From a virus: a DNA stretch of 64,000 nt. The stretch covers positions 32,001-96,000 of IMG/VR virus record IMGVR_UViG_3300032313_000668; one strand, given 5' to 3'. The notes beneath the pieces were generated by a model. The model had not been told where the DNA came from. It searched no databases and worked only from the letters and a program-made list of their open reading frames with translations. The first letter of the stretch is position 1, and each line of letters starts with the position of its first letter. This document shows, in pieces, positions 20,101 to 31,600 of this stretch. Made by a program: the position numbers and the translations under genes.

Positions 20101-22020
20101 AACAATAGCCATGTAAATTGGAGGAATGTCAGAAGTTTCTGGCGTAAGAGCTACGTCTTCTCCTGCAGCAGTAAGTGCAGCAAAATATCTCTCGTCAAAA
20201 ATCTTCTCGTACTGCGGACGGTCTTTTTTAACTTGGTCTGCAGATTTCTTTTTGTCATACCCTGGCTTTTCTTTATACCAGCCACCAACACCTAGATATT
20301 CTGGAGAGTCTTTTGAATTTCCAAAGTTTTTGTCTAGCCAATCACGAAGATTTGGGTTGTTATACATGTTTGCTGCAACAGCTGGGTTCCAACCTGCAGT
20401 GCGGTTACCAATTGGGTCAAATGCACCTTGGTAGTACTCTCCCCATGCTGTATCTAGAGGAGGGGCTTTATCATAAACTCTTTCTGGTGCTGGCTGTGCA
20501 ACATACTCGGGAGTAAGACGCTGAGCGCCAACAAATGCGCCCCAGTCATTAATAAGAGTATTTACAGCAGGAGCTGTCAGTGCTGGAAGTCTTCCTGGAA
20601 GCTGAGCAAGAGGCTCGTCGATAGGAGTGCGAGGCTCGCCAAGAATGCCTGAGAAATCAAGATTGTTTTGTGGGAAGTTAGCGGTTGAGACTGGCTCGAA
20701 GGTACTGATTTCCTGAGTAGTGTTACCAGGAACTTCAACAGAGGTTCCATTGTCCATTTGTACAACAACATTGCCAGTAGTTGGGTTCTGAGAGGTAATT
20801 GTTCCCTGTCTAGCGTAGTCACCGCCAATAACAACTCGTGAGCCGTTAACAGCAAATCGTCCTAGCTTGTCACGAACTTGAGTGGCAGCATTTGCTGCAC
20901 GCTCATCTTCGGTATAAACACCAGGAGATGAGTCTTGAGTGCTTGGAAGAGTTACAGACTCTGAACCAGCGGGTGCTGCTTCAGCGAACTCTGTGGCAGA
21001 AGCCATAAGTCCGTCTTGGTCCCAGTAATCTTCGTCTTCAATTGAGTCCTCGCTAAGCTGGTCCATAAACTTGTAATCAAGTTCTGGCATTGCTTGCTCA
21101 AAAAGCTCTGTCTCATCGAAATTAAGTTTGTGTAGGAAAATACTTTCCATAGGGTTGTTATCAAGCATTGCTGCAATTTGAACAGCAGACTCTCGGTCAA
21201 CAGGAAGATGTATCTTCTTTACGGTGTCGTAAGCATCGTCCATTACCTTGTCGTAAGTGTGGAAGTCGTGCTCAACGTTGCCCATGTCTTCCCAGCAACC
21301 GTCATCCCAAAAACGGCATGTGCCATCTTCATCTACTTTGTAAAGACGGTCGATTCCTGAGCCATCAAGGCGAATGCGAATAAAGAAATCTGGCTCATAA
21401 TCTGCTGGAGTAAATGAAGCGTATCCTGTAGTTTCTGCCATGTTTTCATTAACATAGTAAACAGAAGCAGTCATCCCAGCTTTTTTATTTTCACGCTCTA
21501 CGATTGCTGAGGCCCAACGCTCTGCAGCATCTCCACCCCAAAGTGCCCATGCAATACGTCCGTTACTTGGATAGTTATCTTGTCCAGGCTTGTAGCCCTT
21601 ACCCTTTTTGTCAACTTGGTGACGAGGGAAATACTTTGCAATGTGGCGAACCTTGCGGATGCCAATCTGTCCACCCTTAGCAAGAGTGCGAGCAGAGTTT
21701 AAACCTACAGGTGTTCCACCACGGTTCTCTTCTTTGCGCCATGCAAGACCGCGCTTTGCCTCAGCAATAACAGCATCTGGGATTGTGTACATACGGTCAT
21801 TATCGGAAAAAACTTTAATGTCTAGGTCAGTTACAGCAGCGTTAGCCAATTCATAGATATGCTTCGCTGGCTCTTCGTCAAGAACATCCCACTCTGCAGA
21901 GGCAAGCAAAGCCTGCTTACTCTGTACATTAACAATAGTGTTTGTAGACTCGTCTACTACTACACCTAATTTGTTAGTTGAGAAAAGGACCTCTGAACCG
22001 AATCTGCCTAGATATTCCAT
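17137..22020 (-). CDS. capsid maturation protease fusion / head polyprotein
   Basis: Protease-like domain TGDGR...GHDG...RGVSAD...VPKPAF (about 19000-19440), second domain SGDWR...ELVA..VNVPGF, plus several accessory domains. Confidence 0.85.
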   Translation of the reverse strand: MEYLGRFGSEVLFSTNKLGVVVDESTNTIVNVQSKQALLASAEWDVLDEEPAKHIYELANAAVTDLDIKVFSDNDRMYTIPDAVIAEAKRGLAWRKEENRGGTPVGLNSARTLAKGGQIGIRKVRHIAKYFPRHQVDKKGKGYKPGQDNYPSNGRIAWALWGGDAAERWASAIVERENKKAGMTASVYYVNENMAETTGYASFTPADYEPDFFIRIRLDGSGIDRLYKVDEDGTCRFWDDGCWEDMGNVEHDFHTYDKVMDDAYDTVKKIHLPVDRESAVQIAAMLDNNPMESIFLHKLNFDETELFEQAMPELDYKFMDQLSEDSIEDEDYWDQDGLMASATEFAEAAPAGSESVTLPSTQDSSPGVYTEDERAANAATQVRDKLGRFAVNGSRVVIGGDYARQGTITSQNPTTGNVVVQMDNGTSVEVPGNTTQEISTFEPVSTANFPQNNLDFSGILGEPRTPIDEPLAQLPGRLPALTAPAVNTLINDWGAFVGAQRLTPEYVAQPAPERVYDKAPPLDTAWGEYYQGAFDPIGNRTAGWNPAVAANMYNNPNLRDWLDKNFGNSKDSPEYLGVGGWYKEKPGYDKKKSADQVKKDRPQYEKIFDERYFAALTAAGEDVALTPETSDIPPIYMAIVAEDDPSAVMELVSLVPASTKSSTPATFVRRNNKWERNDRIMADLNSPTPPPVVVLSTPDLCEVLKQVDSKTVTASVRIPAAAALSNNALIASIQAAGGADRNRGNAEKLRRYWTVGKGGLKIRWGSPGDWTRCHKQLAKYLGPRSKGYCALRHKEMTGIWPGDKNNPGRKKKSLRASAAVETLKPEEQVIGEFTLRARAEAAKSRMVGREGVTPTEHGAKFTIPLVIPEGTETGDGRIFEAGAISMRDLPLPLLWQIKTGAGHDGSVVVGQITHMERVDGGIGNAYGVFDKGQFGMEAERLVRHGFIRGVSADMDKFEADEEVVEESTGDDSEDTKKIESGRINIKNARIMAVTIVPKPAFQECFIQIINDGAEIQEEDVLVPDGVYVDGVNPLDASALVACGMVAGAIPNEPPAEWFDNPKLTKATPLTIGDDGRVFGHIAAWHVDHIGMAFGTRPPRSRSKYAYFHTGVLRTENGTDVPVGQLTLAGGHAGLEASAEQAVRHYDDTASAFADVHAGEDAYGIWVSGSLRPGTTPEQIRAARASAPSGDWRPIKGALELVAVCQVNVPGFPIARARVASGQVMALVAAGASTLAQLKHDPLAELSAKVNNLEMAQKAPMLAAAEEARAKFASYNTEILTKRQAELAAKVRKTKEDIDADSDYMNQIMDDDTDKELAVVSRRVRERLAQEGKALKDGSYPIRNISDLRNAVQAYGRAKPGHKAAVRKHIMKQARALDRRDLIPENWKVASSEFTIDDMTADLRERIEFATKSTNSEALFEKDVLTAAGVDDIIEDLTPEEIEALKQEAKAAPKKDDSRVKYTPETQPRDTSGKFRQVLARLKQDLGTSGLQRVVEKVEEAENLDNAGDYKASADAAADLIGIIDRLDAKALNPESLENIRTSSAELGKVIANLPFAFGETATKIRFSDIPPALQDLMKDMIKKVEDKIGSEDADIATKDLKGFMSGADYYNQSEISSQMSKLLRLLT

Positions 22021-22277
22021 TACTGGCTCATTTCCGTCTTGTACTCCTGGACAGCGGACTCATCTAGAGTTTCTCCGCTGGCTTGGGCTTTATCAAACAT
22101 CTCAATGAATGATGGTTCTATTGTAACGACTAGAAAGCCATCCCATTCTTCAATTTCACTCAAAGTAGGGGCAGACCAATCGCCATTACGACGAATTACA
22201 TCTCCAGTTTCCTCATCATTTTGGAAAAGTGCAGCAACCTTAGAGTTGTCATCAATTAGAACGTAAAGACCTTCCAT
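22020..22277 (-). CDS. small acidic protein (candidate immunity/partner)
   Basis: Translationally coupled; resembles internal segments of the protease polyprotein. Confidence 0.7.
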   Translation of the reverse strand: MEGLYVLIDDNSKVAALFQNDEETGDVIRRNGDWSAPTLSEIEEWDGFLVVTIEPSFIEMFDKAQASGETLDESAVQEYKTEMSQ

Positions 22278-22627
22278 TAGATGTAGTCCTCTCCATACTT
22301 GGCATCCATAGCATCTGCATATATCTGCTCGTCTGCAATAAGGTCATCAATTTCATCAGCAGTTTCACCTTCAATAGGGTGTAGTGCAATTCCGTTGATG
22401 TTATAGGCAGCAAGAAGAGCCCATCCTTCGGGGGTTGTTGGTATCTCTTCTTCGGGTCTACTTAAAGTCAGTCCTTGAATACGGTCTTGGTCAAAGGCGC
22501 TAAAAGCTTCCTTACGACCCTCCGCAACAATATATTGTGCTTGCTTTTCATTAGCAACAATAGAGAACATGTAGTCCATGTCTCGAATAACATCACCGCT
22601 ATAGAAGCGATATACCTGTGCAGTCAC
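22277..22627 (-). CDS. small acidic protein (candidate immunity/antitoxin)
   Basis: Starts 1 nt after the stop of the kinase-ending giant gene. Confidence 0.7.
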   Translation of the reverse strand: MTAQVYRFYSGDVIRDMDYMFSIVANEKQAQYIVAEGRKEAFSAFDQDRIQGLTLSRPEEEIPTTPEGWALLAAYNINGIALHPIEGETADEIDDLIADEQIYADAMDAKYGEDYI

Positions 22628-22628
22628 T

Positions 22629-25600
22629 TTAGTCCCTTCCTGTCATCTTGCGCCATTCATTAACATCAATAGCTTCAATTTCTTTTAGTCTCTGTATGAT
22701 ACGAGCCAACTGAGCAGGGCGCATTTGTCCTGGTTCTAATGACTCAAGATATTGAATCGCCTGTTGGATGCTCATATCTACAAGTTTCTTGTAAGCCTCA
22801 GCGCCTAGCTTCTTGGCCATTTGCTCAACAATAGCGCCACCATCACGTCCATAGCGACCAATTCTTAAAGCAAATTCCTTTGCATCATACATGTTTCGTG
22901 ACTTGTCATCGTTAAGAGCAGAAGCAAATCCGTGGTCGATAGGTATGATATGAGCATTTTCATGTCCGTTATCTCCTACACCAGCAGCGTCAATATTTCC
23001 AAACTGGAAATTAACGTGGTGGCGGTCAGTATTACTAATAACTGCATCCAAGATACCCATACGGATAGTGTCGATTAGGGTTGCTTTTTCAGCAGCACCT
23101 TCTGTGCGACCAATTTTGTTCTCGACATTAACAAATCCAGTAGCTGGTCCAGTTAGGCGAAGAGTGTCACCAGCAAATGTCTGAACTACAACACCTGGGT
23201 CAAGTTCGTGCACCTCGGAGAATACACGACCACCAATTCCAAGAGCAGCAGTAATACGAGCAACTTCTGCTTCGGCGCGAGCTGCCTGCGGAGTCTGCTC
23301 ACGTTTGAACATAAACTTCTGTCCAGTGGCTTTGTCAGTTACGAAGAAGTTCTCTCCGCTGTTAATACCAGTGCTTACCTGCTTGACTGTAAAACCAGTG
23401 TCCTGACCATCAATAACTAGGTCTCCATTTGGTCCAGCTTTTTTAGCTGCAGCAAAGAATTTTTTAGGCTCTATTGTCATTAAGCGAAGGCCAATTGCAC
23501 CTAAGTCATTACGCTGTGGCTGGTAGAAGTCACGTTCTTGATGAAGCGCTATTGCCAAATCAACTAGCTCTGAAGCAGTCTCCTTGTCTTTACCACTACT
23601 CTTTAGAAGCTCTGAAACTTTTTGTGCTACGGCTTGACGCTCGCGGAGGTCAAGTGCAGCCATTGGGTTAGCGTCACCATTGAAGAATTCCTGAATCTTA
23701 TCTTTGAATGGGCGTAGGAAAGGAGAATCTTCAAAGACTTTATCATCAGCGAATAACGCTTTTATTTTTTCTTTTGCTTGGAATTTATTCTCCCCCGCTG
23801 CAACGCGGTCTTCAGCAAGTGCAATTGGGTCAACTTCTTCTAAGTTAATTCCAGCAAATGGACGTATAGGACGCTCTAGTACACGACGTACCATGAAGTC
23901 TTGCATCTCTTGAAGCTTGTCTCCAAACTCCTTATACTTCTCATCATTGGCACCATTTAGACCACGAATTGCTTCGCTTAGGTTACTCATATCTGCTACT
24001 AGTGGGTCAGCAGCTGAACTTAAGTTATCGCGGAAGTTACGAAGATTATCTAGAGCACGAATTGGCTTGCGGTCAGCGTCTTCATCTTCATCTTTTGGAA
24101 GACGGTCGATAATTTGCTCAACTAATTTAAGGAAGTCATCCTTAGATTCCTTACCTTCTCCAGGCATAATGTCTTCTGGAAGCTCAGCGTTACGGCGAGC
24201 TAAGAACTTATCGCGGGCTTCACCTTTGAGTAGATTCTTTTTCTCAACTAGTTGGTCAAGAGCCTTCTGAGCAAACTCAGCAATCTGCTTTTCCTCATCG
24301 TTTCCGTATGCATTGACCTTCTCAATAATCTTCTGAAGAGGTGTGTCATCAAAATTCTTTAGAGCATTTTCGTCTCCATTAGCAAGACGTTCTGCAGCAT
24401 CGAGACCTTTTTGAGCATATTCGCCAGCGCGACGAACTTGACGGTCTGCATCAATTTCATTTGGCTGAGGAAGTTTCTCTTGAAGTGCCTTAAAGATATC
24501 TACAAGGTTGTCCTTGTCTAACTCAGCGGGAGTTCCAATAACTAGATTTTCATCAAATGGCTTAGCAAGACGTTTCTTGTAAGCAGCAAGACGCTGTTCA
24601 CGGAAGATAGCCTTGTTATCCTCGACTAGCTTGAGCATGTCCTCAAGCTTCTGAGCAATCTCATCTTGACGTGGGTCTTTACGACGACGCAATTGTTCAA
24701 TAGCACGTTTGATTTCATAATCACCGATAGTGTCTGGGTCGTTATTCTCTAGTTGAGCTCGGTAACTACGGATTCTATCCGCTGCACGATATAAATCATC
24801 GTCTGCATCGCGTTCTTCAGATGTCGGAAGAAGTGCAATAACTGCATCAAGTGCACCAGCAACCTTTTCGCGGTTTAGTTCTTCGGCATTTGCTGGGAAA
24901 GCATCATCTGCAAGTGGTTGATTCATACGTTGAATGAACTTAGCGTGACGAACTGCACGGTCAGCAAGAGCTTTTTCATTGATAACACCATTTAGTGCCT
25001 CAAGTTTATCTGCTAAAGCATTCTGAGCATCAGCATCAATTCCTGCTCTACGGATGTACTTGATTGCACTATCTAGATAGTCTGGGTCTAAACGGTCAAA
25101 GTCTGCTTCACCAAGACGTTCTAGTTTGTCAATAGCGTTACGAACATACTGACCACCTTGATATAAGTCTCGGTCAATGTCATAGTTTTGACGGTTTGGT
25201 AGACGGTTGTCGAACTCTTTCAAAACATCAATAACACCTTGACGATTTAGAGCATCAACATTCTCTGGGATAGCTACACCATCTATAGGATTCTTTAGAT
25301 TCTCGGCAATTGCATCTGCACGCTTCTTGCGAATCTCTGCTTTCTTAGCATCAATATTGTCACGAAGTTTCTCAAGCTCTGGAAGGATTTGAGCCTTTAG
25401 AGCAGGGTCAACAATTTTGCTTGCATAACGAATAGCATCGTTAATTTCATATGAACCAACTCGGTCAACTGGACCACGACCTAATTCCTCATTCAACTCA
25501 TCAATACGACGACGTGCCCAACGAGCATTGCGCTCTGCACGATTGTTGCGGAACTTGGGCATCTTTGCAGCAAGTTCACCTAGCTTGGCGCGAATTGCTT

Positions 25601-28600
25601 CGGGGTCTTCTAGGTCAACGAACGGGTCTCCTGCTGCCGCTGCAGGTGCTTCAGGAACTGGAGCAACCTCTGGAGCAACTTCTTCTACTGCAGGAGCTTC
25701 TGCTGCTGGAGCTTGAGGTGCTTCAACTGATGGAGCTTTTTCCTCTATTGCAGGTGCAGCTGGAACTGCTGGTGCTGCTGGAGCTTCTGCGTTATCCATG
25801 CGATAAACATTCGGAAGTTCAAAGCCCTTTGCAATTGGGTTGTACTCCCACTGACGACCATTTGGGTACTCAACTTTGATGCGAACTGCACGGTCTAGGT
25901 CTTCAATTGCTACAACGCGACCAATGTTCTTGTCACCCTTTGTAGGTAGGAAGTCACCAACCTTTACATCACCTGCAGCAAAAGCCTGAGGCTTCACATT
26001 TTCTTTGAACCAATCAATGTCGTGTACAAATGAAGGCTTAGCAACTGGCTGTCCTTCTACGGCTTCTGGCACAACGCCATCAGCTACATTCTTTACATCG
26101 CCAACAACTTCTTCAACTTCTGCATCAGCAGCATCTACTGCTTCATTACCCTTACGAGGCTTCTTACGACGCTCTGCAAGTGCGATGTCCATTTCTTCTT
26201 GGTTCATCCAGTTAATGCGTGGCTCTGCATCGAAACGCTGCTTAGCAACGGCACCATCAACGTGACGCTGGAAGCGTGAAGCAAACTTACGAACGTCTCC
26301 GTTTGGATACTTAACTAGAACATAGTCAACGTATACAACACCCTTACGTTGTAGTCCACCAATTTCTCCTTGGACTTTACCAATTACTTCACCCTCGCCA
26401 TACTTATCTGCCTTGGCTGGGTTTTCGTGAATAACCTTGTCACCAATTGCTAGTGGGTTACCGTTTGAGTCTGCGTAAAGACCTGCAAGCATGCGTAGGA
26501 ACACCTGACGACGATACTTCTCAGGGATTGGAGGCAGGTTGCGACGCCCACGACCATCTGAGCGAAGAAGCAAACCATCGCGCTGCTCTTTAATTTGCTC
26601 AGCAAGTGCATCAGCCATTGCATCAATGTTGTTGCGTCCGCCTTCAGAGGCTGCCTTGCGGTCAGGGAAGTTCTCAACAATCTGAGCAACTACTTCACCT
26701 TCGTCAACAACTTTTGCATCTGACTTGAAAACAATTTCTGCATCTACAAGCTGCGGAGTAATTTCGTTCTGACCTTCACCAACTGGTAGGTCCTCAACAA
26801 CTTCAACAACTGGAAGTTGGTCAACGTTTGCTGGTTCCACACCAACAGCAACTGACTTCTCTTTAGACTCTGGCTTACCTTCATTACGACGAGCAGCGTC
26901 TGCCTGCTCTACAGCAGCGCGACGTAGAAGTGCTTTACCTTCTGCCTCTGCACCAGCTTGTGATAAGTAGCGTCCCTCGAATACATAAATTTCATTTCCT
27001 TCATTGTCAAGGATTCGACCCTTAGCAATAAATTCATCTCCGTCTTGAGTAATCTCAAGTACAGCATTTCCAGCAGCAACAGTAACTGCTTGCTTGTTTA
27101 CATCTTCAGGTGTGCGCTCTACTTCTGGAAGTGGTTCGCCTGCAAGTTCTGCACGGTTCTTAGGACGACGAACTTCATCTAGGAATGCATTTTGATTCCA
27201 GAAAACAACTTTCTGTTCGCCTTCAGGATTTTGGACAACAATACGGCGCTTGAATTCCTCGACACCAAATTCTTCTCCACCACGGATGGATACAACTTGG
27301 AAGAATTCTTCTTTGTCTTTAATAGCTTTAACAAAGTCTCCAGGACGTAAGTCATTAGCCTTAATTTCACCACGGAACAGCTGGTCAACCTTCTCAAGGT
27401 CATTAGCAAACTCAGGTTCTGCAATGCGCATCTTGCCGTCGGGGAATGCAGAATCAATCTGCACATCAACAAGGTCAGCTTGTGGCTTTGGAGCCTGCTC
27501 TGGATTATCCATTGCACCAACATTGTCGATTGGGCCTTCTGGAAGTGCAGCAGGAATCTCTTTCTGAATCTCTGCAAGGTCTACTGGCTTACCAGCAAGT
27601 CCATCACGAAGAGCCTTCTTTGCAACATAATCTGCAGCGGCTTTATTAAACTCATCGATGCGTGGCTGTAGTGCTGCCATCTTTGCATCGTAGGCAGCCT
27701 TCTGTGCGTCTGCATCAAGAGCAGCTACACCGAAATCACCACTAGCAGCAAGGTCAATAAGTTTTGTAAATGCTTGAGCTGTCACTTCTGCATCATTTAG
27801 ACCATCATGCCAGTTTTCATTTTTAATTCCTAGGAATTCGGCAATTACACCAAGACCCTTTTTATCTGGAGCATCTGGCGCATCCTTAAAGATTTCTGCA
27901 GCCATTCCCATGGTGTCAGCCATGCCAGCAGGGTTCCACTCAAGGCCAAGTTCTGCAGCCTTACGTTTCATAATTTCGTCGTCAAACTTTGCGTTCTGTG
28001 CAATAGCAAGTGGGTTTGCGCCAGCCCATTCTAAGAACTGCGCAAGTCCTTCTGCTTGACTTGGCTTATCAGCAAAGAACTCATCAGTTAGCGGATTGCC
28101 ATCTGGGTCTTTTGCATTTTCCCCAGCGTATGTACCCTTAAGACTTCTGCCTGGGTTCATAAAGATATTGATACGGTCAACAATCTTGCCATCGCGCATC
28201 TTAACTGCAGCAATCTGCCAAGGTTCATTGCCGTCTTTTACATCTACGCCAGTTGTCTCAAAGTCAAAAACAATCAGGTCTTGACCTGCAAGCTTTTTCT
28301 TAAACTCTGCCCAATTACCTTGAGCTTCTTTAGCCCACTCAGCAAACTTGCCCATAAACGCTGGGTATGCAGGTTCGCGGGGTTTTGGTGGAAGTTTAAT
28401 GTTGTCTTCAAGTTTATTTTCACCAGTAACATCACCAAAAGAAACAATTGGAAGATTCTCTGGTGGAATCCAACGACCCTTTACTTCTGCAAGCTTTGCT
28501 TCATGCTCAGCGTTGAGAGCTGTATCTTCAATTGGGAACCAACCACCCTTAGGTCCTCGACCTGCTGGACGGTGTAGCGAACCTTCACCAAGTTGCGGTG

Positions 28601-31600
28601 CTTGGTCTTCAGGAATGCCACGATAAACTTCAATGCGTGTGTCAGGCTTCCACTGCTTCTCTTGTAGACCTTGACCTGGGTAATGACCAACAATAATAAT
28701 CTTGTCGCCTTCTCCAGCCTTGATATCAACAATGCGGAAGTGGTCCTTAGTGCTAATGTCGCCAATCTGAAGGTCTTTTGCTTTTACCTTAACAATGAAT
28801 GGGCCATTTGGTGGTCCACCAGCTGCGGCTGCAGGTAGTGCATCAGCCTGTGCAGCGTTATCAACAAATCCATCTTCTTCGCGCTTTGTTGGGTCAACAA
28901 AGTTTGCGCTAGCGGCTTGTACTGCAGCTTTATGTGCTGCTAGGTCTGCTGCATATTTTTCTTGTATGGCTGGGTCTTTTGCACCCCACTCGCCGTCAAT
29001 CTTCTTCATGTCCTTGCGACCACCAACGTAGTCTTCAAGTTTTGGTTTATTTAGTGGTTCAGCGTTGCCCTTTGCAGGAGCAGCAGCACCACGAATAACT
29101 TCAATCTTTCCTTCAGCAAACCAGTCACGGTCTTGTGTTTGGTGACCTGGGTAATAGCCCTTAACGTTAATACGATTACGGCCCTTATCCTTTTGACCAC
29201 CCTCACTCAAGTCTGCAGGGGCTGCAACTTCTTCAATAACAAAGAACTCGTTATCGCGAACTGCAATATCACCAGGCTGTAGATTTTTAGCAGCAACCAT
29301 TTCACGACGTGGCTCGCCCATTGCAAGGTCAGCCTCTTGTGAACCTAGTCGTTCGACTCCTTCGGCAGCTTCTGCTCTTCCTTCAGCTCCCTGAGGTGCA
29401 ATATCTGCTGGTAGTCCTGCCTTTGGTTCAGCGGCGTCGGGTCTTTGCGCGTTCTGCGGAGCTTGCTGCGGGGCTTCGGCTGGTTCTTCTTGGACATTTT
29501 CCCCTTCCAGTGCATCGACAATCTCTTGGTTAGACGGTTCGTTGTCGTTACCTTCGGCATAGATGTCTTTAAGCAAGGCGTTTGTATCTTCACCTTGAAG
29601 CTGTAGTGCATCACGGATTGCTTCACCTGGAACAGAGGCTTGGTATGCCTCGCCCTCTGGTGTTTCTTGGGCAAGAATGCCATGTCCTGGCATGTTGTTT
29701 GCTGGCTCTACGGCACGACGAAGTTCACCCTTAAGTTCTTCTTTGTCATATCCAAGAGCAATATCTACTGGGTTGTTTGAGAAACCTTCTGGAGCATCTG
29801 CTGGTACGTCAACGATGGCTTCATTAAATGGCTCGTTGTCTAAAGCAACATATCCCTCGGGGACATCCTGCTCTTGATTTTCTGGCAAATACTTTTTGTA
29901 GTCACCATTGTCAATAAAGTCGCGCTGCTCTTCAGGAGTCATGCCCTCGATTAGAGGTGGCAATTCTTTTGTAGGAACTTTAGCAACAGGTGCTTCTGCA
30001 ACGTCTGCTTCAGCAAGTGCATCAGCCATTTCTTTTTTCTCAAACTTGTATAGGTCATCAAGGAACTTGTCAACATCGACGCCTTGTTCCTTCAGTGCGT
30101 TGTAAAGAGCTTCCGCTGGAACGCGCTCATCGCCTTCTTGGAATGGAAGACGGCCAACACCTGTAGCAGGGTCTTCTGGAGTTCCTTCTACGGCATCCTT
30201 AAGAGATTCTTGCAACTCTTCTTGGTCAAACTTCTGTGCAAGTTCTGCAGGGTCATCTGTAAAGTCTGGAGACTCCTGACCATTGATTGGGCCCTCTGGC
30301 TTGTACTCATCGCGGTCTACTTCATAAGCACCCTTAGGAGCAAACCTTTCACGGATACGCTCCATGAGACCAGGCTCTTCGTCTGGTAAGAAAACCTGAC
30401 GCTCAGTATTGCGAAGCATCTCGCCAGAATCTCTATCAACGATAGAGCCATCTGGAAGAAGCGCCCAGTTCTTACGTGGGTCTAGCGGAACTAGTCCACC
30501 ATTCTTACGGAAGTCTTTTAGGCTCTTGCGGTACTCGCTTAGCTCTGCGCGAGATGCCTTCGGGTTACCAGGAATAAACTCTGTGCCCTCAGGGAATTCG
30601 CTAGCGCCGTCTTCTGGAAGTTCTGCAACTGGCTTGGCTGGTGGTTTATCTCCACCATCATCTCCGCCACCCATACGGTCTGGGCTTGGGTTTTCGTTTT
30701 TCTCAAAGCGTGGCTCATCTTGTCCAATAAAGTCTTGTACTTCTGCCCATGACTGAACAGCAGCAAATGGACGGTCATCTTCTTGTCCTCGACGATTTAC
30801 TAAAAATACTGGCTTGTTAGGGTCAAGCTCACCATTAGCGCCATCACCCTGTGCAACAACATTTTGGCCTTCACGCTCACGTTGCTGTGCCATTTCAAAC
30901 TGGTCTTTAGCAAACTGATTGTTTTCCATTTTGATGACGTCATATGCATCATCTGTGTACTTAACTCCGAGGTCAACGTTCTCGCCATAAAGGTCTTGGT
31001 CTTCTTTCTTTGGAGACCATGCATCATCGCGACGGAAACCTTCTGGTGCCTCAATCTCGATAAGGTCTGCTTCGTTAAGTACTGGGTCTTTTGCTGAAGC
31101 CTTTGCTGCACCCTTTGAGTAGCCATCCTTGGTCTGCTGACTTGGGATGATTGCTTTAATTGCTTCTACATTGCCTGCTGGAACACGGAATAGTCTTCCA
31201 TCTGGAGTTTCCATATCGAAAGTGTCGCCTTCGATTCCCTGAGAAACAGCGCGACCATTCAAATTCTGAATCATGCCATTAACACGACGGATAAGTGCAC
31301 GGAGACCGCCACCCATTTCAGCAAAGCGACCCTTACGGTCACGACGCTGACGCATTGCACGAGCACGACGAGCTGCAGAAGAGTTTCCATCTCCTAGAGC
31401 TGCAAGAAGTGCATACTGAGGAATTTGTCCTTCTGGGAAAGACTCGAGGCGAGCAACAGAGTATTCGTACTCTGCAGAAGCTGGGTGTGCAGTAAGTGCA
31501 GATGCAAGAAGTGTCTTGATTGCTGCGTCTTTAATAGTTGGGTCATCAGTCACCCAACGGGCACGGGACTGCATCAATGATGCGGTAGTCATATCATGTG

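Noticed and set aside
27760-28280. Stand-alone dnaQ (Pol III epsilon) gene
   Set aside because: The domain is in frame inside the 3120-aa ORF, so no gene symbol is assigned
25950-29300. Inteins in the giant protein (A.DL..GD resembles a Hint motif)
   Set aside because: No N-terminal Cys block, C-terminal His-Asn or endonuclease; the units are short repeats
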